Source: Bacteroidales bacterium (lineage in GTDB: Bacteria; Bacteroidota; Bacteroidia; Bacteroidales; UBA7960). Taken from it: a stretch of 36,651 nucleotides of DNA. The translations under genes and the position numbers were made by a program. Location of the stretch: the NCBI GenBank assembly GCA_003451785.1, contig DMJL01000026.1, positions 1 through 36,651 on the forward strand, read 5' to 3'. Below, in pieces: positions 28,668 through 36,252 of this stretch. A model generated the notes under the pieces. That model had not been told where the DNA came from. It made no database searches and saw only the letters and a program-made list of their open reading frames with translations. The number at the start of each line of letters is the position of its first letter. The first letter of the stretch is position 1.

Positions 28668-28715
28668 GTATTTCCGAACACTAAAAGAAGTGTAAAACAG
28701 CCTTTTGCAGGATTA

Positions 28716-31037
28716 TTAACCCAGAACCTTGAATATAGATTTGCGTTTGGAATAAGCGAACACAACTAGCAATCCTATACTGGCTAACTTGAGTAATGCC
28801 ACTACTATGCTGGTCTGCACCAGACCCATAACCGGCAGCAAGGCTACGCCTCCCAGCAGACCACCAACCCAGCCGCCTAATAAATCGGCACCAAACAGCT
28901 TGCCTGCCGTGTGGCTCACTCCATCGCGAGTGCTCAGAATTATATGACTTGCAAGCGGAAACTGCGCACCTAGCAGGAAACCGGCCAGTGCCGACAACAA
29001 AAAAAACATCCCATTCACAAGGTAGGAATTGGCCAACTCGAAAATGCCCGGAACCACTACCATAAAAACCAATGGCATTAGCACAGCAAACAAAAGCATC
29101 ATCAATTCCAAACTCAAGAAAAGCCGTATGCCGTTTTTAATAGAGTTTAACTTAGCCGTGATTACCATACCTCCAGCTCCAATTCCCATCATGAATGCTG
29201 TAACTAAAAGCCCGATATGGTGAAAAACATATCCGTGAATGATCTGAAAGGTATAAATTATGGAAAGCTCGAACAGCATCCCTGCAAAACCCGATGTTGC
29301 AATGGCAAATGTAATTGCGTTGTTAGATGCTTTGGAACGATTTTTTAGCCCAAAGAACAGCAAAACCATCATAACAACAAAAACGGGAATGGCCAAATGC
29401 TTTAAGCGAAGATTCTCTACCCAGGCGAACACTTTGGCAGCACCAGGCGAAAACAATGCATTCCAGTGTGCAATGCTGTAGAACATAGCCCGTGGTCTAA
29501 AGTCGTGGTTTGGCTGGTTGCTTGCTCCCTGCAAAGACTCAAAAAACCAATCGGTCCAGCGAGTATCCAACTTAAAGTCAATATAAAAAGGGTTAATTAA
29601 TCCCGTTTGCAAATTTCTTTCATAAAATCTATGGCTCAATGCCTCCAAAGAAATTAATGAATCGAGATTTGAATCGGAGGCCAGAAACAGGTTGATGTCG
29701 CCTGGAATGACACGCACATTTTGGAAAACAGCATTAAGACTTGCAAGAACCGACGCGTTGATATTTTTTAGTTCCCGACTCAGATAAGTCAACGACCCCG
29801 GCAGCGACAAGGCTAAGATTCCGCCTTGGCGTAGCTGTTGCTCGGCTTGAGCAAAAAACTCTTTGGTAAAAAGTCTGTTGGTTTGAAGATTTACCGGACT
29901 TGTTGCACCTACCAGAATCACATCGTAATACTCTGATGATTTTTTCACATATAGGCGCCCGTCTAAATATTCCACATTCACACGGGGGTCGTTAAGTTCA
30001 GCTTCCGATATTGGAGTGGGAAATTTTTTAACCACATCCAAAAGCATAGGGTCGAGTTCGGTATAAACCACCTTACTTACCGGATGTTTCAATATCTCGT
30101 GGATCATGCCACCGGCACCCCCACTCAGTATCAATACTGTATTTGGATTGGGATGCGACAACAAGCTTAGATGCACAAATTCCTCAAGGAAAAGCAAGTC
30201 GGGATCGGGAGAAGTAATGATGGGCTTACCGTCGGCAAAAAAAGTATTTTGCCCATTGCTGGTTGTTACGGTAATGTTTCCATGAAAGGAATTGCGGTAA
30301 TAAACCACATTTTGACCCGGCCACTGCTGCTGAACCGTGTGCTGATGAATTGCTTTTGAGCCACTACCTGCCAAAAAAAATATTGATGCTAAAATGCCCA
30401 ATGCAGAAAAACCTGCCAGTAGTTTTGTAGAAAATGACCTTTTTAGATTGTCTAACATTAAAACCAGCCCCACCAGCAGATTCAAAAACATTAGCAATAG
30501 GGCTATTTGAAATGCGTTGAAAAACGGGATAAAAAGGTAGGTAAACACCACTGCGCCTACAATGGTGCCAATGGTTTCAAAAATATAGGTATTGCCTATG
30601 GGTGACGCCTTGTGTGTGGCGACAAGGCTTTTGGCGTGCAACCTACATGAAACCGAAAACAATGCGCCGTGCATGAAGCTCAAGGGTGCAAGCAACAACA
30701 GGGATGAAATAAAGATTGGTGCAAGACCGATTCCTTCGCCGGGCAAAACACCCATGATTTCTTTTAGCAGGCGAGTGGCATAAATGATGAAGGGAAAGGA
30801 TAATGAAAAAAGCAGGTTGATGCCTACAAAAACCCCCACGCTATTGTTGCTGCGGTCTATCCATTTGCCGGCAACAAATGCACCCAATGCTTCTAAAATA
30901 AGCCAGTTGGCAAGAATAATAGCAATTACCAATTCGGTGCCGGCAAATACGATGAGAAATTCTCTTAACAAAAGAATTTGAACTACAATGCCGCTAAATC
31001 CGACTGCCAGAATGGCTAACAAAACCCTATTCTTCAT
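28716..31037 (-). CDS. Polytopic membrane protein with central spermidine-synthase-like (SpeE-fold) domain, fused transporter/SpeE type
   Basis: There are about 7 hydrophobic segments at the N-terminus (aa 1-225) and about 6 at the C-terminus (aa ~540-760). The central domain has VLILSGGAGGMIHEILKH, YTELDPMLLDVVKKF, and YDVILVGATSP aligned to the SpeE GGGDG / EID..V...KK / DSSDP motifs. Confidence 0.75.
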   Translation of the reverse strand: MKNRVLLAILAVGFSGIVVQILLLREFLIVFAGTELVIAIILANWLILEALGAFVAGKWIDRSNNSVGVFVGINLLFSLSFPFIIYATRLLKEIMGVLPGEGIGLAPIFISSLLLLAPLSFMHGALFSVSCRLHAKSLVATHKASPIGNTYIFETIGTIVGAVVFTYLFIPFFNAFQIALLLMFLNLLVGLVLMLDNLKRSFSTKLLAGFSALGILASIFFLAGSGSKAIHQHTVQQQWPGQNVVYYRNSFHGNITVTTSNGQNTFFADGKPIITSPDPDLLFLEEFVHLSLLSHPNPNTVLILSGGAGGMIHEILKHPVSKVVYTELDPMLLDVVKKFPTPISEAELNDPRVNVEYLDGRLYVKKSSEYYDVILVGATSPVNLQTNRLFTKEFFAQAEQQLRQGGILALSLPGSLTYLSRELKNINASVLASLNAVFQNVRVIPGDINLFLASDSNLDSLISLEALSHRFYERNLQTGLINPFYIDFKLDTRWTDWFFESLQGASNQPNHDFRPRAMFYSIAHWNALFSPGAAKVFAWVENLRLKHLAIPVFVVMMVLLFFGLKNRSKASNNAITFAIATSGFAGMLFELSIIYTFQIIHGYVFHHIGLLVTAFMMGIGAGGMVITAKLNSIKNGIRLFLSLELMMLLFAVLMPLVFMVVVPGIFELANSYLVNGMFFLLSALAGFLLGAQFPLASHIILSTRDGVSHTAGKLFGADLLGGWVGGLLGGVALLPVMGLVQTSIVVALLKLASIGLLVVFAYSKRKSIFKVLG

Positions 31038-31046
31038 GCAATTAAA

Positions 31047-32198
31047 TTAACTCCATATTCCCGGTATCGCAGTCCTGCAGCTCGGACAACGCCCATTGAC
31101 CAAATTGTTTTCCAAGACCCGGAAATGTGTACGATGGATAACCCTATGGTTGCATGAAGGGCAAAAAGTAGAATTATATCTGTGTCCGGGCACATTTCCA
31201 ATAGTAACAAAATCAAGACCTGCGTCTTTGGCAATGCGGTGTGCCCGCTCCAAAAGGTTGATGGGAGTCTTTGGGATTTGCGTTAACCTATAAGTTGGGG
31301 TGAATCGAGAAAAATGCAGGGGTGTACTTTTGCCAAGATTGTCTCTTATCCATATACACATTCGCCTTACATCTTCAACATTATCGTTGAGTGTTGGGAT
31401 TTTTAGGTTTACAATTTCGAGCCATCTGCCGGCTGCTTTAATCTCCCTAAGCGTTTGCAACACAGGAGCTAAACGAGCAGTGAGAATAGTGCGATAAAAC
31501 TCCTCGGTAAAGCCTTTCAAATCAATAGTAACAGCATCCGTATATTTCAACAACTCCCTAGCCGGCTCGGGATTCATTGCGCCATTGGAGTGCCATAAGA
31601 TTTTCAAACCCCGTTGCTTGGCTATCACCGCAGTATCGTAGGCATACTCATAAAAACTTGTAGGCTCGTTGTAGGTAAATGAAATGGTGCGGAGTCTTCT
31701 ACTTTGTGCCAAGTCAACAAGTGCGGCAGGCGGAAGGTCATATACCCTGTTCATATCTTCGATACCCCTTTGCGACAAGTGCCAATTGTGGCAAAATCTG
31801 CAACGAAAGTTGCACCCAGCGGTACCCACACAAAGAATTTCCGAACCCGGAAACATGTGCAATGCAGGCTCTTTTTCTATGGGTTCTACATGCACCGCCG
31901 AGGGTCTTCCATGTACCAATAGAAACAACCTCCCTCCTTGATTTTCTTTGTTAAAGCAACGCCCTCTTGCACCATCATTTATGCGGCAGTTGAGAAAACA
32001 CAACTCGCAATGCACCTGGTTGTTGGGCAACCTTCTATAAAACATGGCTTCCCTGAGTGGGGTTCGCGGTCGCCTTGCTTCTGCTTCTTTACTCATAAAC
32101 ATGGATAGGGACGATATGGCTCCAATCCCTGCAACATACTTGCAACCGACACCCAAAAAATGGCGCCTTGTGGTGTTTTTCAAAAATGGTGAATCCAT
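31047..32198 (-). CDS. AmmeMemoRadiSam-type radical SAM enzyme, paralog 3, with twin-arginine (Tat) signal motif
   Basis: TRRHFLGVG followed by a hydrophobic stretch and AEA (aa 10-41). CELCFLNC..GRC, PIEKEP, CNFRCRFC, and a C-terminal CPSC...CPSC ribbon. It ends 9 nt before the membrane-protein ATG. Confidence 0.8.
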   Translation of the reverse strand: MDSPFLKNTTRRHFLGVGCKYVAGIGAISSLSMFMSKEAEARRPRTPLREAMFYRRLPNNQVHCELCFLNCRINDGARGRCFNKENQGGRLFLLVHGRPSAVHVEPIEKEPALHMFPGSEILCVGTAGCNFRCRFCHNWHLSQRGIEDMNRVYDLPPAALVDLAQSRRLRTISFTYNEPTSFYEYAYDTAVIAKQRGLKILWHSNGAMNPEPARELLKYTDAVTIDLKGFTEEFYRTILTARLAPVLQTLREIKAAGRWLEIVNLKIPTLNDNVEDVRRMCIWIRDNLGKSTPLHFSRFTPTYRLTQIPKTPINLLERAHRIAKDAGLDFVTIGNVPGHRYNSTFCPSCNHRVIHRTHFRVLENNLVNGRCPSCRTAIPGIWS

Positions 32199-32880
32199 GA
32201 CAGTGTTGTTTTACTTACAGATATTGAGAAAAACCTAAGCCCGCTTCCTAATTATGCCTTCATCAGGGCCGGTTCGAATTTTAAATCTCGCATTATAATG
32301 CAGAGCGCAATAGGTGCAACGACAAATACCAACATTTTTTACAACTTCCACAGAGTGGCATTACTGCAAATGATAGCTTGCACCAGCTTTCCTAATGACA
32401 ATACGATCCTTGATGCATTTTGGATCTTAACCGCTCCCCCACAAATATAAAGATAAAGAAGAAACCCTTTTCCCGCAGAGAGTTTTCAAACATCATTAGA
32501 AGATGAATTATACCAGACGGCAACAGGCTATTTTGCTGATATACAGCATTTAAAAAACACTCTTGCCCACTTTTAACCATGCAATATTTAACAAAATTTG
32601 GGTGTTATCCAGCTTGTTGTTGCAACCATTTTGCACCCTTACCTTACCGATATTCCAAGCTAACCATTGCAGGAAAAAGCAGACACAAGCCCAATGAAGC
32701 AAATAGACTTTGTGAAATTGCAGCTAATTTTCGATCCGGGGCTGCGTATAGAGTATGTATAGTGGATTATTACAACAGAATAGTGAACTTGCAACAAAAA
32801 AGTGGTCAAAAAGGACAAAGAATCTACTGGCAGGCACAAAAGGGATATACTTCTTGTTTACATTTTTGAAAAACGCAACA

Positions 32881-33168
32881 ATGAACAACGGAAACCGAGG
32901 AGATGAATTTTTAGAAATCTACTTGTCTTCGGAGCAGAAAAAGTTTCTAAGCGATTTGTATTCAACCTACAAGGGTGCTTCATTGAATGCCCGCCCCTAC
33001 CATGAATCGTGGTTTTGGGAAATGATGGGGCAAATTGAATTGTCAGAAATGTACCGCATGAATTTTCGTCCACACTTGATAATCACGGGATATGCCGACA
33101 AAACATCTGGGAAATTTTTCGAGATACAGATCCTTCTGACACACACAATCACTGGCAGCACCACTTAG
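32881..33168 (+). CDS. Hypothetical small protein (95 aa)
   Basis: The ATG at 32881 sits inside the 32755 ORF and is preceded by tacattttt (a near TAnnTTTG match). The composition looks protein-like (MNNGNRGDEFLEIYLSSEQKKFLSDLY...). I recognise no family. Confidence 0.3.
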   Translation: MNNGNRGDEFLEIYLSSEQKKFLSDLYSTYKGASLNARPYHESWFWEMMGQIELSEMYRMNFRPHLIITGYADKTSGKFFEIQILLTHTITGSTT

Positions 33169-33453
33169 AAACCCAATGGTACAACAAAACATCAAAAGGC
33201 AGTTGCAATTTTATGAATGGTACTTTGTGGACAACTATTACCAATGCCACCTTGCCGGTTTCGGCTCTACAATCTTTTTCAGGCTTGTTTCCACATTTAC
33301 AAAAGGGCATGCATTACGGAAGGCTAATGCTTTGACCAATGGAGATTTAGCAATTTTTACATCAAAGCAATGCTACTCCTTGCTTTTGCAAAGGCTGATT
33401 GCAATCCACTTGGGAATGCCGGTCATGGCAGGAATGAAACTTTCTAATAACCA

Positions 33454-33492
33454 AAGAGGCTGCCATCGAAAACGAAGACAGCCTCTTATTTT
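33454..33492. terminator. Terminator-like hairpin downstream of fhs (possibly bidirectional)
   Basis: aagaggctg (33454-33462) pairs perfectly with cagcctctt (33479-33487). It is followed by atttt on the plus strand and ttggttatt on the minus strand. It lies 32 nt past the fhs stop. Confidence 0.5.
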
Positions 33493-33518
33493 GCGAAATA
33501 TGGCTAATAGACAACAGT

Positions 33519-35186
33519 CTAAAACAATCCGGTAATATTTCCTTCGTTGTCAATGTCTATTTTCTCTGCGGATGGTTGCGAGGGCAAGCCCGGCATACGC
33601 ATTATGGTACCTGCAATGGGTATTATGAAGCCTGCACCGGCTGCTATCTCAAACTCCCGGATTTTTACTGTAAATCCTGTTGGTCGGCCAAGTTTATACT
33701 GGTCGTCGGAAAGCGATTTTTGTGTTTTTGCTACGCAAATAGGTAGTTTGTCGAGCCCTAATTTTGCAAATTTTGCCATTTGCGATTTGGCCTGTATGGT
33801 ATATTCCACCTTGTCGGCACCATACATTTTGGTGGCAATGGTATGCAGCTTGTTTTCTATGGTGTCTTCAAACTTATATAAAGGCCTGAAGCAGGAAGTG
33901 CACTTATCGGCTTCTTCTTTTACCAATTGAGCCAGCTCTATGGCACCCTCGCCCCCTTTTGCCCAAGCATCGCAAACGGCAACTTTTACTCCCAATTTGC
34001 TGCAATGATTTTTTATAGCGTCAATCTCCTCTTGGCTGTCGGTTCCAAATTTGTTGATGGCTATCACCGGACTAAGGTTGAAATGCCTAATGTTTTCAAT
34101 ATGTTTTTCCAGATTTGGCAATCCGGCAACAACAGCATCAGGGTTTGGTGCCGAAAGGTTTGCCAATTTCACACCTCCGTGATACTTCAATGCTCTCACA
34201 GTGGCTACAATCACCGATGCATTGGGGCTTAGCCCGCCGTATTGACTTTTTATGTTAAGGAATTTTTCGGCTCCTAGCTCCGAAGCAAAGCCGGCCTCGG
34301 TAACAACGAAATCCGAAAGTGTCAGTCCCATTTTGGTAGCCAACAAAGAATTTGTTCCTTGCGCTATGTTAGCAAAGGGTCCTCCATGAAGTATGGCAGG
34401 ATTGCCTTCTATGGTTTGCACCAAGTTGGGCATTATGGCATACTTCATGAGTGCTGCCATTGCGCCATGGGCTTTGAAGTCGCGAGCATACACAGGCTCG
34501 TCGGTGTAGGTGAAGCCCACCAAAATATTTCCGAATTTCTCTTTAAGATCGCCTATGTCTTTTGCCAAACACAAAGCCGCCATAATCTCCGATGCAGCTG
34601 TGATGTCGAATCCCGTTTGTCTTGGTACGCCTTGTTTGGGACCTCCCAAACCGATAATAATATCGCGCAATGCTCTCTCGTTCATATCAATTACCCTTTT
34701 CCAGATAATCTTGCGGGGGTCGAGATTTAAGGCATTGTTTTTTTCTTGCAGGTGATTATCAACCAAAGCACTAAGCAAATTATGTGCCTTCTCTACGGCA
34801 GAAAGGTCGCCTGTAAAATGTAAATTGATGTCTTCCATAGGCAAAACTTGAGCATAGCCACCACCGGCAGCACCACCTTTGATACCAAAAACAGGCCCCA
34901 ATGAAGGCTCCCTCAACACTACGGTAGTCTTAACGCCAATTCTATTCAAACCCTCGGTGAGTCCGATAGAAGTAGTAGTCTTACCTTCGCCGGCAGGAGT
35001 TGGGGTTATGGCAGTAACGAGAATAAGTTTCTTCTGTTTGGCCTTTTGCTCGTCAATAAGTTTGAGCGGGAGCTTGGCAATGTGATTCCCGTAAAGATGC
35101 AAATCTTTTGTATCAATACCCAACTTTGCGGCAATTTCAGTAATGGGGCGCATCTTGGCAGCTTGTGCAATTTCGATATCGGTCAT
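33519..35186 (-). CDS. fhs: Formate--tetrahydrofolate ligase
   Basis: 555 aa. N-terminal MTDIEIAQAAKMRPITEIAAKLGI, the P-loop TPTPAGEGKTT, and full-length resemblance to FTHFS. Confidence 0.95.
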   Translation of the reverse strand: MTDIEIAQAAKMRPITEIAAKLGIDTKDLHLYGNHIAKLPLKLIDEQKAKQKKLILVTAITPTPAGEGKTTTSIGLTEGLNRIGVKTTVVLREPSLGPVFGIKGGAAGGGYAQVLPMEDINLHFTGDLSAVEKAHNLLSALVDNHLQEKNNALNLDPRKIIWKRVIDMNERALRDIIIGLGGPKQGVPRQTGFDITAASEIMAALCLAKDIGDLKEKFGNILVGFTYTDEPVYARDFKAHGAMAALMKYAIMPNLVQTIEGNPAILHGGPFANIAQGTNSLLATKMGLTLSDFVVTEAGFASELGAEKFLNIKSQYGGLSPNASVIVATVRALKYHGGVKLANLSAPNPDAVVAGLPNLEKHIENIRHFNLSPVIAINKFGTDSQEEIDAIKNHCSKLGVKVAVCDAWAKGGEGAIELAQLVKEEADKCTSCFRPLYKFEDTIENKLHTIATKMYGADKVEYTIQAKSQMAKFAKLGLDKLPICVAKTQKSLSDDQYKLGRPTGFTVKIREFEIAAGAGFIIPIAGTIMRMPGLPSQPSAEKIDIDNEGNITGLF

Positions 35187-35279
35187 TTTTATAAGTTTTG
35201 GATGTGGATAAGAAGTTTTTTAAAAATAATGCTAATTAAACCCATTCGCTTAACAATTGTTTAACAAAAATAAACTGTT

Positions 35280-35903
35280 ATGTGTTACTTTAAAGACCAC
35301 AAAACAATGACCAAAAAGGATATAAAAACATTTTTCAAAGCAGTTTTGGACGGAGACACTAATAAAGTTTCTGAACTCTTGGAAAAGAATAAAGAATACT
35401 TAACTATTTGTAATGTTGCACCACCGAAAAAAGTTGATGGACAATCAGGGCTTCAAGTCGCCTTTAAGACAGGAAACTTTGAAGTTGCCAAACTTCTAAT
35501 CGAAAAAGGAGCAAATATAAACTTTATGGAAACATCTGAAATAAATGAATGGACTGCTCCTGTATTACACGACTGTATAAGAGCGACAATTTTCAATTCA
35601 TACACGCTTCAAAGGGACACAAAACAGTTTGACAAAGCTTTTAACTTACTTCAATTAATGTTGAGTAAGGGAGCAAACCCCAAATCAATTGACTCGTATG
35701 GAAACAATTGTTTACACAGGGCATTAATGGACGCAAGACAAATGTTTGACAATCCAAGCACAGACTTAACCAACAACATTTTGATACAGCAGCTTCAAAG
35801 TGTATTTACGCAACTAATCAATGCAGGTGCTGACATTAAACATGGCAGCGATAACAGAGATAGTGCTGAAGAATTGTATTTGAATTTTAAGTTAGACAAA
35901 TAG
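35280..35903 (+). CDS. Ankyrin-repeat protein
   Basis: Canonical ANK units (GQSGLQVAFKTGNFEVAKLLIEKGANINF; GNNCLHRALMDA...LINAGADIKHG). There is an alternative ATG at 35307. A/T-rich codon usage. Confidence 0.75.
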   Translation: MCYFKDHKTMTKKDIKTFFKAVLDGDTNKVSELLEKNKEYLTICNVAPPKKVDGQSGLQVAFKTGNFEVAKLLIEKGANINFMETSEINEWTAPVLHDCIRATIFNSYTLQRDTKQFDKAFNLLQLMLSKGANPKSIDSYGNNCLHRALMDARQMFDNPSTDLTNNILIQQLQSVFTQLINAGADIKHGSDNRDSAEELYLNFKLDK

Positions 35904-35931
35904 AACCTATGGTAAAAAAGCGAACGCATTA

Positions 35932-36052
35932 CAGCGGTTTGGCGTAATGGCGGGTTCAGTGCTTCGTATGACAGTTTTGTGGTAAGTGCAAGTTCGGTTC
36001 TTCGATTGAACTTTTGTGCTAAAAATCAGCCACTACGCCAAGCCGCAAATCG
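35932..36052 (+). repeat. Copy B of the ~121-nt structured dispersed repeat
   Basis: Gap-free match to the reverse complement of 9861-9981 with 7 mismatches. Terminal inverted repeats gcggtttggcgtaatggc / gccactacgccaagccgc. Confidence 0.85.
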
Positions 36053-36252
36053 TTAGCAGTATAATAGGCACTAAGGATGGAAGTATTATCACATTCGCCT
36101 TTCTAAATGGCAATGCCATGCCGCCTACCGGATTATCGGCTTATCCAAACTAACCCCAAAAGCAAATCTATCACAGAAAAATAGCTGCACAAGCTAATGA
36201 GCAACCATAAAGTCTAATGGCAGTAAAAGAAATCGGCTTACAATAATCTTAT

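Noticed and set aside
26156-32198. Interpretation of the three radical SAM genes as pyruvate formate-lyase-type activases or anaerobic sulfatase maturases
   Set aside because: No glycyl-radical enzyme or sulfatase gene is nearby. The extra N-terminal CxxCxxxC...C cluster before the Cx3Cx2C motif, and the absence of a SPASM-like C-terminal multi-Cys domain, fit the AmrS-type family better. This still needs HMM confirmation.
32392-32580. 62-aa minus-strand ORF upstream of radical SAM paralog 3, considered as a possible RiPP precursor
   Set aside because: It has no leader/core-like organisation and no Cys/Ser/Thr-rich core. Its composition is odd (FFFIFIFVG), and it lies ~190 nt away from the enzyme gene. 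There is nothing to support it beyond position.
33176-33535. 119-aa plus-strand ORF following the 32881 small ORF
   Set aside because: I did not list it as a feature. It reads through a strong terminator-like hairpin (33454-33487) and overlaps the fhs stop, and the distal half is basic and low-complexity. The first ~60 codons could still be real; see the finding on 32199-33518.
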